From contig NC_043002.1 of NCBI RefSeq assembly GCF_006345805.1, positions 36,952,001-37,016,000 of the forward strand: a stretch of DNA of 64,000 bases. The letters run 5' to 3'. Positions within the stretch are counted from its first letter, which is position 1, and the number at the start of each line of letters is the position of its first letter. Position numbers and translations under genes: made by a program. Source of the DNA: Octopus sinensis (taxonomy: Eukaryota). The notes below the pieces were generated by a model that saw nothing but the letters and a program-made list of their open reading frames with translations, searched no databases and had not been told where the DNA came from. Shown here one piece after another: positions 22,773 through 37,900 of this stretch.

Positions 22773-25700
22773 GTTTCTTGATGTGCAAGAGAGGTAATTT
22801 ACTTTAGACATAGGGTAATTAGAATCAAAGTAGATTGCATACTTATTATGATAGGGAAGCTTACATTTCATTAGTAGATTAGGCTGCAAGTGATATTTAT
22901 TATGTAAGGTGAAGCAGAAATGGTGAGGAATCTCACGCTTCTGATTAGATGTATTTGCCAGAGTTTAATGAAACTTATCAGCAGACTGAAAGGAGATATA
23001 TAAGAGAAAGAAGAAAAGAGAAAGATATCTATGTCAAAGACAAAGGTCTGTAGGTAGGTAATAACCAGAAACTAATAAGTGCAGGACTAATAAATATTAT
23101 ACAAATAAAGACAATAATTAATGATTGTAAAACTAATGGTAGTACTTGTAATTGTTAGCATAACACTTACTCAATTTCGGCATTACAAGAGATAGATAGA
23201 TAGGTAGAGAAAGAGGAAGGGAGAGAAAGAAGGAGAGGGAGAAGGGGAGAAAGGGAGAGAGAGAAAGAGAGAAGACATAGTGGAGAGAGAGGGTGGAGGC
23301 AGATATTGAGATGTAAGAAGAAAGAAGTAAAAATATAAAAATTACAATAGGATCCACTATTAGACCTTAAAAAGAAGGATGAGAGAGAGAAAGAGTGAGA
23401 GAGAGAGGAAAGAGTAAGATATGCATATCTACATGTGTTTATATGTGTATGTGTGCGTTTGTGTGTATGTGTGTGCTTGTGTGTGAGAGTGAGAGAGAGA
23501 GAAAGAGAAAGAAAGAGAGAGACTGTGTATACAGACACATACATTCATGTGCAAGTGCACATGCAAGCACACGCAAACACACACACAGATGCAAATACAT
23601 AAATGCACAAGTGTAATTTTCTCTGTGAAAGAGATTCGGGGCAAGGATAAACGGTTAGGAATATATATGCTAAAGAAGTGTGATAAATGCATTCAGACCA
23701 TGACAGAATAGTTTGGGAAGTTAAAGATATGATTTAATTATTTTATTATTTTTTTTTGTTACCATAAGCTGAAAAGAATTTACACTTTTATTGATTAAAC
23801 ATATGATTAATTCTACTACTTAAATATTGGTCAGCTTTTTTTAGCCACACCGTAATACACCTATAATACAAATTTGGTTGTTAATCAAGTTATGTCTGAC
23901 ATACATGTCAGACTTTGAAGAATTAGTTAAACTGAGAAAATATATAATAGAATAATTTTTGCATGAGAAAACCTTTAAACAGACAATTGCCATAATAGAA
24001 TAAATTTTTAGAACAGAAAGGATAAAATTGCATAAGATATATTCAGAGTGGAAAGCTATAGTATTGGTGATCTCAAAACTGTTCGTAAATATCTAAATAA
24101 ATGCCTAAATATTTGTCTATTTGTCAGTATGTAAGTTGTTGTATCAATACTGTTCGTAGAATAAAAAGATATATTGGTAGCTTAGATGGTAGAAAAAAAA
24201 TAAAGTGTTATTGAAACAAATTAAGAATGAGAAAAATATTAATGTTCTACTATGAAATGACATAAGAGAGGAATTTTTATGGTAATTAAATAATAAAAAT
24301 GACAAAGTTGAGTGGGTAGCATGTGATCAAAATCTGGGTTTGCAACTACAAAACAATAATTCATTTTTCTATACTATAAGATATGAAATTCATTATTATG
24401 GAGACAGAAGTGAAAAAAAAAACAAAAACAAAAACAAAAAAAAAACAAAGAAATGAAAACCAAACTCAGTTAATATGCTGTAATATAAAAATAGGTATAA
24501 ATATCAAAGAAATTCAATTCCATTCTTAACGACATGCATTCTAGCTACTTTAAAAAACTGGTAAATTTTGTAAGATACCAATTTACGTGGGCAGGCAGCA
24601 GACGTTCTCAATTTTGTATGCGTGATTGGGATTGTGTGAATGTTCGGAATGCTCATATCATTTTAAAGGAGTTTAAGAGTAATTGAAATGGCTGGGATCA
24701 GGAATTTAAATTGGATTGCTGAAATAGAATGCTAAAAACCTTACTTCTATAATTGTCATAGCTTTATACAATATTGGTTTCAAATTTTGGCACAAGGCCA
24801 GCAATTTCGGGGGAGGGGATATTGCTTACATCAACCCCAGTGCTCAAATAGTACTTATTTTACAGACCCTGAAAGCATGAAAGGCAAAGTTGACCTGGGC
24901 TGAAACTGAACTCAGAATGTAATGACAGCTGAAATACCACTTAGCACTTTGCCCAGTGTGCTAATGAATCTAACAGCTCTTCACCTCATAGTTTTATGCA
25001 ATACTAAAACAGGCATTATGGTTTTCAGAAAGTTGAATTTATTACAGAAATTTACATATGTTTTTTAATATTTACTATTTATTTGTATTTACATTTCTTA
25101 ACATAAACTTTAGAGGAACAGAAATGGGAATTTGTATTGTTAATTCTTTTATATATATAGTGATTTCTGACATTGACACAAGACCATACATTTAGTGGGA
25201 AGGAACCACTTGATCACATTGATCACTGTGTTTGACTGGTATTTTATTTTGTTGACTTTGTAAGAATGAAATGCAAAATCTATCTCAGTTGGATTTGAAT
25301 TCAGTCGCATTTTCATTTGATGTTCTACTATATCTGTCTATAATGTAAATGAATGCTCGCAAGTGTGAATCAGGATTTTTTTTGGAGTTGATTAGTAAAG
25401 GCCCTGTTACATCACTGTACTCTATACATATATATATATGAATAAATATGAACAAGTGAGATATTGCAGATCTGTCAAATGGAGTGTTTTTCAAATTTGA
25501 TTTATATCTCTAAAACTGTTCAACTCTATGTTTTAATAAGGAAATTATAAAATCAAAACCAACAATACCAACAACTTCATTTGTCTATACAAAAGCCAAA
25601 TTTTGAGGTAAATGAACAGACTTTTAACTGCCTCAACTTCAGTATATTATTAATAATTAGTGGGTGATTTCAATAGAAATTATCTGAATTTGAACTCAGA

Positions 25701-26390
25701 ATCCTGTGGTATCAAATTTATTATTCTATATCAGGTGTTTAAATCTCTACTGATTTTTTTCCTTCACTACTGATCTAACACCAAAAATAACAATGATAAA
25801 ATCTCTATTTGTATATAATTATAAATATAGAGACACATATACAGACATATATGTGTGCACACACACATATGCATATGTTTGTTAATAAAAAGATGTCTGG
25901 CATGTTAGTGACTATAAAAGCGTGAGATGTCTACTTAGATTTCTGCCAGACAGATATGCTATTGAAAATCAGTTTTCTATGAAGAAGATGAAGAAGAAGA
26001 AGGAAATAAATGAAAAAACAACCAACAAAAATACCCCAAAACTCAGTCTTGTTGTTGCTGTTGAAGTTGTTTCATTTATATGTGGCACAGTATCAGTCTA
26101 AAAACACCTTGTTATAGACAGTGAATCTTATACAAAGGGATATTTGTCTTCTAGCAAGAAGAAAACAAAGTTCCTACCGAAATGACCAATTCAAGAATGA
26201 AGTATGCTCTAAGAAAACGAGCAATGAATAAGGCTTATGTCAGTTGCAAACTTACAGCACACAAGAAAACTGTCTTTTTCTCTGACATTATTTATATTTT
26301 CTCTATAATGAAGAGAGCGAGAGAAAAAAAACCATCTTCTTTTCAAAAAAACAAATATAAAATCAATTCTATGTGAAGTTTTAATAGCTT

Positions 26391-26785
26391 GGCACAAGCA
26401 TGGCTGCATGGTTAAGAAGTTTGCTTCGCAATCATGTGGTTTCAGGTTCAGTTCCATTGCATGGCAGTGTCTTCTACTATAGTACCAAGCTAACAAAAAC
26501 CTTGAGAGTTGATTTTGTAGATGGAGACAGTGTGAGAGCTCATTGTATATGTATTGAGTGTTTGCACCTGTGTTTGTCCTTAAGCACTGATTAGCAGACA
26601 GTGTTAGTTTGCTTACTTCCCAGTAACTTAACAGTTCGGCAAAAGATACTGATAGAATAAATGCCATCATACTTGGTCATAATTTTAAATTACAAAAATT
26701 AGTGTTGATCTGTTTGACTCAAAATCCTTGAAGACATTGCTCCAGCATGGACACAGCCCAATGAGTGAAACAAGTAAAAAAATAA
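26391..26785 (+). mobile_element. SINE family A copy, about 0.9 kb downstream of the exon 12a donor
   Basis: ggcacaagcatggctgcatggttaagaagtttgcttcgcaatcatgtggtttcaggttcagttcc...ctccagcatggacacagcc. Confidence 0.7.
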
Positions 26786-26982
26786 TAAAAAAATGTTGGT
26801 ATGCTTATTAGACATGTTGCTCTACAGTTTTAATTTTGCATTCCACTGCAGGCCTTTCATGCTTTACAGACAAATATTTTCACTACTTGTTTGACTTTAC
26901 ATCACTGAATCTTTAAGTGAAACTAATTATAATTGACAGTCGATAGTTAAGTTGCTTATTAAGTTGGGAATATGTCAAGGTA

Positions 26983-27052
<70 letters not shown>

Positions 27053-27716
27053 TCAGAATGCAGACTAACTCTGGTAGATCCTTGAAACCCATGTAAACAT
27101 TTTATTTAAATTGTTTCACTGACATTATTTCCCCACAATTGATGTTGTTGAGTATTAAAAATTAGCTAAGGTACTGCAGATATAATTAAGCAAATGTTTT
27201 TGAGCTTAGGTACTGCTTTAGATCCAGATTACAAATTTGCTCTATGTCTCTATATGTGTATTCAAAGAATTGTGTTAAGTGGGTAAGGCAAGTTAATAGA
27301 TAAATAGATTTTCGATTCTTGAGGAAGCAGTTAAATTATTACTTAGTAAGTATAAGAGATTACTAAGTTATGCAAACAAGCTAGTTGGTTAAATTAGAAC
27401 TAAGAGACGACTAAGAAAAGGTAGGGACATCAATGTATACCAGAGATTTCAGCAATAGTAGCAGCTATTCTAGGCAACAGAAAAAAAAAAGAAAAAAAAA
27501 ATATGTGAGTATATATATTTACACATATATATATACATATGTATATAAGTGTATGTATATATATATATAGATATATAGACACACATCTACATATATATAT
27601 GTGTGTGGATGGATGTGTTGACACATGGATTCTGTAAGTTTGAGTTGTGAGTAAAGTAAGGCAAGGATAATGTAAACTACGTATATACTATCATGCAGTG
27701 GGTTGAGATACGATAC

Positions 27717-27858
27717 CTGAAACACAGTAAGGATTGACCAGAGTAAGGAGTCGAAATTCTTTCGACTACAGTTGTGGTGGGCATATGAGTACGTCTGCGT
27801 GGACATTATCCTTTTCTGGCCACAAAATTTACACCCAAATAAGTTCATTCCAAGGATG
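27717..27858 (-). CDS. Cav3: Cav3 domain II S5-turret-P-helix alternative exon, short tri-cysteine form (exon 12a equivalent)
   Basis: (S)[47 protein letters not shown], with CxxC...C pattern and RKNFDSLLW. Acceptor gttttgcttcag, donor CAG|gtatcg; 142 nt, phase 2 to phase 0. Joins exon 60167-60352 in frame (AG|C = Ser). Confidence 0.96.
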
Positions 27859-27925
27859 CTGAAGCAAAACACAAATTAGGAAACATGTTAAACATTGGTG
27901 ATAATAATAATATTTATATTAACAT

Positions 27926-27973
<48 letters not shown>

Positions 27974-28414
27974 GGACGACGACGACGATGATGATGATGA
28001 GGTGGAGGAGGATAAGGACAGCATTTCACAACAGTGCAATATAGCAGCTTGATGGAAACCAAAATTTTTTGGAGAGGATAAAAACAAGAAAAAGGAAGAG
28101 TAGAAATAGATGGGTGAGGGATGACAATAATGATGATGCGACTGATGATATTTAAGGCAAGGCTTAAGAAGAAACTTATGCAGTGAGATGAGGAAAGCTA
28201 AGGGAACAGATGATTGATAATGTAGAAAGAGGCGGAAGTAGAGGACAAGGAAACTAAAGAATGAGTCCTTTTTACTATATACACAAGGCCTGAAATTTGT
28301 AGGGAGAAGTCTAGTCAGTTGTTTCAACTCCAGTGTTCAATAAGCACCTATTTTATTGACCCTAAAATGATGACAGGCAAAGTCAACCTTCGTATGTATG
28401 ATGTATGCATGAGC

Positions 28415-28449
<35 letters not shown>

Positions 28450-28570
28450 CACCCATGCATATATAGACATATGTATATATACAGGGAGAGAGAGAAAATG
28501 CAAACGAGAAACTGAGAAAGCAGGAGAGAGAGGAAATGAAGTTATTGAATATAGAAAAATGGAAGAGTTT

Positions 28571-28635
<65 letters not shown>

Positions 28636-29155
28636 CATATATATATACATATATATACACACATACATATAGACAGATAGATAGATTGATACCTATTATA
28701 TGCAAAAGAATTGCATATTAGATTAAAATAGATATCTGCATATCATACTTATTGCAGATACTTAATGAAAAGGCAAATAAACTGTGGCATTTACCTGGCG
28801 GTAATATTACTTATGAAAGTACTGTAGCAGGCAAAAAATAAAAACCATCCAGTTGCAAAAGTGAGAATGCTAGATGTGCATTTGCCACTGTTAACCACAG
28901 GCTAAGACAAGGCCCATTGCTTAATCTAATATATACATATATATATCTATATAATATGTATATATATATATATATATGTGTGTGTATATATATATTATAT
29001 ATATATATATATATTCTAAATATGTATATTATACATGTCATATCTATAAATATATTTTATAAATACATACACATTATATATATATATATATATATATATA
29101 TCAAAATATATATATATTTATCATAAGAGATATATTATATATATATATCAAAGTG

Positions 29156-29187
<32 letters not shown>

Positions 29188-29199
29188 AAAAAAAAAAAA

Positions 29200-29715
29200 A
29201 TCAAATCAAATCAAAACAAATCAAAATAGATGAACATCAATGGAATTTGTATCTTTGTGGTACCAGTGCCGGTGGCACGTGGCACACAAGAAAACCATCC
29301 GAACGTGGCCGTAGCCAGTACCGCATCGACTGGCCTCCGTGCTGTGGGCACGTAACAAACACCATCCGATCGTGGCCGTTTGCCAGCCTCATCTGGCACC
29401 TGTGTCGGTGGCACATAAAAACACCATCTGAGCGTGGCCGTCTGCCAGCCTCGTCTGGCACCTGTGTCGGTGGCACATAAAAAACACCATCCGAGCGTGG
29501 CCGTTTGCCAACCTCGTCTGGCACCTGTGTCGGTGGCACATAAAATCACCCACTACACTCTCGGAGTGGTTGGCGTTAGGAAGGGCATCCAGCTGTAGAA
29601 ACACTGCCAGATCTGACTGGACTGGTGCAGCTTTCAGGCTCCCCAGACCCCAGTTGAACCGTCCAACCCATGCTAGCATGGAAAGCGGACGTTAAATGAT
29701 GATGATGATGATGAT
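29200..29715 (+). mobile_element. Well-preserved RTE-tail repeat with an internal 62-63-bp tandem array (3 full units)
   Basis: Unit accatccgagcgtggccgtttgccagcctcgtctggcacctgtgtcggtggcacataaaaac starts at 29361, 29423 and 29486. 5' (AAATC)n, 3' (GAT)n tail; CpG-rich. Confidence 0.85.
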
Positions 29716-30160
29716 AAAGAAATAGAAAGAATTTAGAAGAAGAGGGAAAAAGAAGTAGAGAAAATAAAATAAATAAAAAATAGGATGAATAAGATAGAGA
29801 AATATTAAAAAAAATAGAGAGAAATTAGGAGAGAAATGTATGGTATTGATTAAAAGCATGAAACTGTAAATAAGCTGAAGGCAAAAGATTAAAAAATGTC
29901 AGATGACATTTGATAAAATCACTGCAATGTATCCATTGTGAAATTTTATGCATAAAATTATTTAATTCAGAAAAATAGATGTATTCAATGTAGTCTACAA
30001 TTTTCAACGAAAGATATTAAGAAAACATTTTTTTTTTCTGGGAGAAACAATATGATCTAGTTGCCGTCATATGTGATGGAAGTAAAACTGGAACAAAAAT
30101 AAGTTAGTAAAGCACAAAGTATATAAAGACAATATATACAGTATATATATATGTATATAT

Positions 30161-30264
<104 letters not shown>

Positions 30265-30313
30265 CATTATATACATATATTTACTTATATATATATATAT
30301 GTATATATATATG

Positions 30314-30375
<62 letters not shown>

Positions 30376-30459
30376 ATGCATTATATACATATTTACTTAT
30401 ATATATATGTATATACACACATGTTATATACATACGTACATAATTCATGTATGTGTGTT

Positions 30460-30498
<39 letters not shown>

Positions 30499-31033
30499 GT
30501 ATGTATAGTATATGTATATACATGAAGATAACTTGGAAATTATTACACATAGAAATAATGAATTTATGTTTGTGTAATTTATAACTAATTTATTAAATGT
30601 TATAAGAAGTATCGCAATAACATTGATGCTACTGCCATCATCTTCATCATTTATGACACATTAAACCACCTCCATACATACTTTTTACAAAACAAATACA
30701 AGATATATTCAAAGCATTTAAACATATGCAAATTAATTCATATGTATAGCAATAATTCCAATGACAAATAGTAACTGAAGATTAGATAATAAACCAAATA
30801 CACAGAAAATGTTTAATAGATAAAGAAAAAAAATAAATTAAACATGAAATGAGTAAAAAATTGATTGGAAAAAATGAATTTTAATCTATTTTCATTTGTT
30901 ATTTGTTTAGTAGAAGAAATTCACTGAAATACTGCGAGAAAAATAGAAGACATTTCCAAATCAATTTCAAGTGTTGTGTATTTGTTTTATATAGACATAC
31001 ATACATGTATACACACACACATGCATACACATG

Positions 31034-31077
<44 letters not shown>

Positions 31078-31104
31078 CATACATATATACATACATACAT
31101 ATAT

Positions 31105-31148
<44 letters not shown>

Positions 31149-32069
31149 TGTAATATACATACGTACATAATACATGTATGTGTGTTTGTGTGTTTGTGTA
31201 TATATATATATATATATCCTCCTCATCATCATTATTATTTAAAATTCGCTTTCCATACTGGCATGGGTTGGATGGTTTGATAGGAGCTGATAAGGTTGTG
31301 AGCCACACCAGGCTCCATTGCTTTGATATGGTTTCTATGGCCAAATGCCCTCCCTAATACCAACTACTTTACAGAATGTACTAGGTGGTTTTTACATGAC
31401 ACTAGCACTGGTGCTTTTCATGTCACACCAGCACTGGTGCTTTTTACATGTCACCAGTTCTAGTGCTTTATACATGGCAACAGAACTGACAAAACCACCA
31501 TGGCAAAAACTCCCTTAGCTGGGGGAGGGAGTAGTTGTGAGTAGGATGGAAATTTTGTGTCAACTGATGAGAGATTAGTGGTATAGGGGGCAAGGATAAT
31601 TGTCTTGCTGTAGAGGAGATAGAGAATAAGATAAAGAGAGTGGGTAAGTCAGAGAGTAAGATAAAGAGAGCAATAATGAGAAAGATGGGGGTAAAGATGC
31701 ATTAGGACTGCCCTAGAGCAGGCTGCCACCCCCTTGGTTCTGAGGCTACATTCCTAGTGCCCCCAACCCTTGAGGTTGTGAGTTTGATTCCTGGACCGGG
31801 CTGTGTGTTGCGTTCTTGAGCAAGACACTTTATTTTCACGTTGCTCCAGTTAACTAAGCTGTAGAAATGAGTTGCAACATCACAGGCGCTAAGCTGTATT
31901 GGCCTTTGCTTTTCTCTTGAATAACATCAGTGGTGTGGAGAGAGGAGGCTGGTATGCATGGGCGACTGCTGGCCTTCCACAAACAATCTTGCCTGGACTT
32001 GTGCCTTGGGGGATAACTTTCTAGATGCAATCCCATGGTCATTCATGACTGAAGTAGGGTCTCCTCATG

Positions 32070-32400
32070 ACCTTTGTCTTTGCTAAGTTAATCTTAAGGC
32101 CCTTTGGTTCTAGATTTTGCTCCCACACTTGAAATTCTTTTCTAGTTCAGTTACAGAATCTTTGTGACCAAGACCATCAGCATATAGCAGTACCCAAGGA
32201 TAGCCTGTCTTGAATTCCTTTATTATGGCCTGAAGGACAATGGTGAATAGGAGGTAACAGAAAACTGTACTCTGATGAATGCCTACCTATACACTTAATT
32301 CTTCACTGTACTCATAGTTATCTCTCATCTTACTGACAGAACCTCTGTACATGACCTGTACAGCTTTCACAAGCCACTTATCTACCTCTAGCTTCCTCAA
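32070..32400 (-). mobile_element. RTE-clade LINE reverse transcriptase fragment (decayed)
   Basis: Minus strand reads ...IVLQAIIKEFKTGYPWVLLYADGLG..., matching the RTE RT PWELLYADDL segment. Confidence 0.75.
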
Positions 32401-32860
32401 AGCCCACCATGCCACTCAGCAGAGTACTCTGTCAAAGCTTTATCTTTATATTTTTACTTGTTTCAGTCATTAGACTGCAGCCATGCTGGAGCACTGCTTT
32501 GAAGTATAAGGCAAACAAATTGACTCCAGTATTTATATATTTTTTATAGCCTGGTACATTTTCCTTTGGACTTTTTTTTTGCCAAACTGCTAAGTTACAG
32601 GAACATAAACAAACCAACACCGATTGTCAACTGTAATCTAGTAGTTTTGTAAAAGAGACCAGACTTTAAAAAGTAGCAGACTTTAAAAAAATAAGGGTCA
32701 AATTGTTTGACTAAAAACCTGTCAAGGTATTGCCCAAGCATGGACACAGCCCAGTGACTGAAAAAAATTAAAAGGCAAAAACTAAAACTTCAATAATTCT
32801 ATGAACCATGGGAACCCATGCAATACTTGATATATCTTCTCAGCAGGATTATTAGTAAGA

Positions 32861-33103
32861 TAAAGGTAAAGTTTCCTTCTTGAGCTATGCTGACTCATGA
32901 GGGCTGGTTTCCTAGTTTCCATGGTGCATACACATTCCCCAACTAGATGGGATGCTGGCCCATTGCAGGAAGCTGAGTGAACTGGAGCAATGTGAAATGA
33001 AGTGTTTTGCTCAAGAACACAATGTGTTGCCTGGTCCAGGAATCGAAGCCATAATCTTATGACCATGAGTCCAACACACTAACCACTGGGCCATGTGCCT
33101 CCA
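32861..33103 (-). mobile_element. tRNA-derived SINE, family E
   Basis: Minus-strand head ggaggcacatggcccagtggttagtgtgttggactcatggtcataagattatggcttcgattcctggacc with A and B boxes. Confidence 0.7.
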
Positions 33104-34602
33104 CAGCAGGACTATTAGGCATATCTTTGTTGTAGCACCAACTATCTCAAAGAAAATTTTACAGGAAATCTGCTACTAATCACCTCAGACCCTGGTAACT
33201 AACCTGAGTTATTGTTCTTACTTCCAATATATCAAACATGTTAGAGACAGTTATAAAGTACAACACAATGTTGTAATAGAACTGTTTTTTTTTTTGCTGT
33301 AAAACCATATTTCAAATTGTATGCAAATTGCTCTAACAAACTTGACCAAGGCACTGTCTTCGTGACCAAATTCTTGTCAGAAGTTTCGAATGTCAAATTG
33401 AATTGAGTTGAAAATATTCTTCCACTTCAACTAAAATCGTTGCATTGAACTTCTATTAGAACAACAAAAACATCAACAACTACGCAAGCTAATAAAAAAA
33501 GACAGGATTGTCATGGCTTAAACATCTTTGTATGCAGTCAAGGCTATCCTGAAGGTAAGCAATGACAACAACAATATCAACAATGATAGCAACCATTTCT
33601 TGATTCTTTTATTGTTGCTTGAGAGGTTGGTGGGTAAGGCAGGAGGAGTTTAAGGAAAAGATGGAAACTGTTGTTGTAGTCCACCCAGGTTTAAGATCAA
33701 AGGCGCTCCAGCCATGACCATACCATCATTATTTCAGGCAGTGTAGCAAGAATTATCTTAATCATTGTGTCTCTGCTATTTTTTTTTAAAGACAAGTAAG
33801 TTAAGATTGGAGGTTTATTTAGCTGCTATTTCTAGCCAGCCAACAATATCCATAATTGGGTATCTTGAATGGACAGTTACATTTCCTAAATAACTGGTCT
33901 GCTATCATGGATATCCTTTTAGATAAATGATTTGTGTTGGTTGATAACTTATTTAGATAAATGCTGCCATTTCCTCACACTTAAATACAATAGACAGCAT
34001 GAAACTATTCAATTCATGACAAACTGAGTCAGGAAAAGTGATCTTTGACTTGCAGTTAAGACTGTATAATGCCAGATTTTCAGCAGCTGGTTGTTTAGTA
34101 TTATCTCTGAATGTTTACTTCTAAATAAGCATAATATTGAATTCATTTCCACTTTTAATTAATCTTTAGAATTCTCTTTCCTTTGTTTTTCACATTATCA
34201 ATGTCAGCAACCCAAGACACTCACATTTCCCTTATGCCCTTCAGTTCCAATGGAACATTAGCAATCTTAACTGTTGTCAACTCCAGGCTGTCTTTACTCC
34301 TCTCCAGTTAGAGCTCTGCTTTTTCCAGCTCTGCTTTTCTCAGCTCTACTTCAGTTTTATGGTATTTTCTCTTCCACCTTCTTTGTGGTTTCATAAATTT
34401 CCCAGAAGGAAGGCTATCCTTTTTAAGATCTTGGTTTTGAATTGTCATCAATGCTTCTGTAACTTTTCTCTTGGTAGGAATGTTGGTCTTATGCAGACCC
34501 ATTTCTAACCTTTGGAAGGTTGTCCATATTATTTTGGCTTTGCCTTTATTCTTTGATTTGTCCAACATGGAAGCCACTTACCATAAGCTTGTACCTTGCT
34601 AA

Positions 34603-34771
34603 CATAGGAGTGGCTGTGTGGTAAGTAGCTTGCTTACCAACCCCATAGTTCCGGGTTCAGTCCCACTGCGTGGCACCTTGGGCAAGTGTCTTCTACTATA
34701 GCCTCGGGTCGACCAAAGCCTTGTGAGTAGATTTGGTAGGCTGAAACTGAAAGAAGCCTGTCGTATATATG

Positions 34772-34808
<37 letters not shown>

Positions 34809-34947
34809 TTGTATGTCTGTGTTTGTCCCCCAACATTGCTTGACAACCGATGCTGGTGTGTTTATGTCCCGTAACTTAGCGGTTCAGCAAAAGGGACCGA
34901 TAGAATAAGTACTAGGCTTACAAAGAATAAGTCCTGGGGTCGATTTG
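34603..34947 (+). mobile_element. tRNA-derived SINE, family A (young, 3'-truncated)
   Basis: About 90% identical by eye to the reverse complement of 17600-17942. Confidence 0.85.
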
Positions 34948-37900
34948 TTATATAGATAGGGGAGATTTCAGGGTTGCTGCTTAAATGAAATAATGCTATT
35001 TTTTTTTTAAGCTGGAGCCATCATTAACAAGATGGAGCTGAGTTAATATAGTAATATCATGTATAGTTTTAATTAAAAAGAGAAGTAAAATTTTCATAAT
35101 ATACTATTAAAACATAAAATAATGGCTTACAGAGAATAAACAAAAAACAAAAAGGCAAAAAATAAGTGAATTATTCTAGAATATATCTAAATTTGAAGAA
35201 AAATCTTATATAGTGATATAATAGAAAAATATAATAGGAAGCTTCTTATTAAAGATGAATAAAATAAAAAATTATTTTTTAATTGATTTCTTGTAAGTTA
35301 CAAAAGAGTGTTTTTCACTTGTTTTTCTTTCAACAGAATGTTGATATTAACACCATAATTGCTGCTTCTATTATCCCCACAATTGCTATATAATGTAAGA
35401 CACTATTAATTTTACTGAAAATTAGATATAAAGTCTTCACTATTTACAGATAGTCTTTAAAAAAGTATATTCACCAATAAAAACATGGCCTAATAATTCT
35501 TGCAAATGTCCAAATTACCAGGACTATAGACTTTATGAAAAGAAATAACAATGAATAAGAATGTGTTAAGTTAAAAAATAAAAGCAACTCCCCCATCCCC
35601 CACCACACACACACACGCAAATCCAAAATACTAGATAAAGTAAAAAAATGAAAATAATAATAACAAAAAATAAAAACTCAGAATTCAACATCCAGATGTT
35701 ATTTTGAGCATGAACCTAAAGGAATCTTCCAATTATCTATGTTTTACAATGTGAAACTCTGACAGTCTTACTATTTTTAGCTGTCAGGGCCTCAGTTTGT
35801 CATATTTTTCTTATTATAAACTATAATGACACAATTCCAGGAAGTGCATCTCTTCCCATAATTTAGCTTATAACCAGTGAAAAAAAAATGTATAATGGTA
35901 GGCTGCATTAGTTATTGCTAAATAAAATTTATTTCAATGGACATTGTTCCATCAATTTGAGTAGATTCATAGTATATAGACCTATATAGTATAAGCTATA
36001 ATTTAAAAATACTAAATATAGAAATACTTTTATTTGGACTTATTGTAGCGTACTACACATTCTGTAGTTATGTTTCTGAAAGTAAGGAAAAAAAAGAAAA
36101 GAAAAAGAAAACAGAAAAAAAACGCAACTAAAATCCATAATAAATAGCCTTGTCCCAAACAATATAATTTTCCTCTTCTTATTGCACACAAGTATATTTA
36201 AGTCTCTAAACTGTATTTTCTACTTGCTTATGGTAGTATGCAATAAAGAAATCATATCAGGTAAGTTGAACTCCATTTGATATCCAAAGACGTTTTTGTA
36301 TGACCAAAGAAGTATTTGGTGAACTTATAAATATCTATGTGTGCCATTACTGGGTATTGTCTGGTCAATTCTAATCAAGTATCAAGTAAGCAAACCAATG
36401 TACTGGAGGCACCAAAGACAACTGACATCGTACATTTGCAAGATTTTAGGCTAAGAGTTTGCAAGGGCAGCTACTTCTCAATGGAGTGAATTAGGAAAAT
36501 GTGAAATGAAGTGCTTTGCCCAAGGACAAAATGCACCACCCACTCCAAGAATCCAGCTCATAAACATGATCATGAGTTTATATCCTAACCAACTAGATCA
36601 CATTCCTTCACAGATGAAGCAGATCTATGATGACCAAACATGTTTTAACTATGACCATCCTTTTTAGTACTTTAAGGAGTATTATCTAGGACTACATTAT
36701 TCAATGTGCACTTTCTCTTTTTTAAGATAGTAGAGTGTTATTTGAGGTAGATTTGGTTACTACTTCTAGCAAGCTGGACAATGATACAAAGGCTTCATCA
36801 CTGGCTCAAGCTGTGTATGTTGTAGCTTACCTCCAAGACACCTCTGATCGAAAAGACTTATCTATCATCAAAAGTCTGCCAGTTGTGACCTTCCTGTCTT
36901 TTATCTATATGCAGGTAACCCAAAAGATGGTAGAGTGTGATTTTACGGAGGTTTGATCACTATTTCTAACAAGTCAAATGACTATATACAAGTTCCCTGT
37001 TATATTTACTTGTCTAAAGTTTTAATGTTGTTGATAACTAAATTTTCTCAATTGGACAGATTAGTATTTTCAATATTTTATTATTTTTTTTTAGTCTGTG
37101 GTAATTTTGAAGTTAGCTTCAACACACTTTCACCATAACTGTTTTTATTGAATCATAAATTACAATAACAAACAAATTTAATCCAGTTTTATTCTGAGCA
37201 ACATTTGCAATGAACTATAGACAACCAGTTTTGTAGTTAGGTCTAGTTATATCTGTTAAGCCTGAATATGCAAATGATGTTAATTTTATCAACCCTGGAG
37301 AAAAGAAAATCTCCTGGAACTGAATATGTTAGTGACAAATTCTAACTGTATTCTGCCTTTATATAAATAACCTGTCATTTTAGAGAACATGTCACAGAAG
37401 CTACTAACTGTTGCCAAAGCTAAATCTCACTTTTTATAATCTATGGTTTATCTCAGTGTTTTCTGATCCAAATGGATTACAGGAATTCACCCAGCCATGG
37501 CCTTCCAGTCTTATTTTAATATATAGTATATCTAAGACTATCAAATATGCCTTTCCTTTACTTAAGATGGTAGGATGTCATTCAAGTGAGATTTGGATGC
37601 TAATTCTAGAAGGCCAAACAACCATGTACAGGCTTTCTTTTTGATTCTACACCCCTCTTTCCAAGTATACTTATTTTAGTATGAACGAATGCATTTATAA
37701 ATAATAGCACTTAATACATCATCATCATCATTTGACATCCATATTTGATGCTGACATAGGTTGAGTGGATTTACAAAATCTGAAGTGTCTGAGAACTGCA
37801 TTGTACTCCAATGACCGCTTTGATGTGGCTTCTATGGCTGGACGCTCTTCCAAATGCTAAATCCTTTACATGTTCTGAGTGCTTTTTCTATGGTACCAGC

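Noticed and set aside
29357-29545. CRISPR-like repeat array
   Set aside because: The units are contiguous tandem copies with no unique spacers, inside a eukaryotic retroelement.
34308-34577. 89-aa minus-strand ORF (MASMLDKSK...ELRKAELEKAEL)
   Set aside because: No recognisable domain or splice context; possibly a decayed LINE ORF1 remnant, which I cannot support further.
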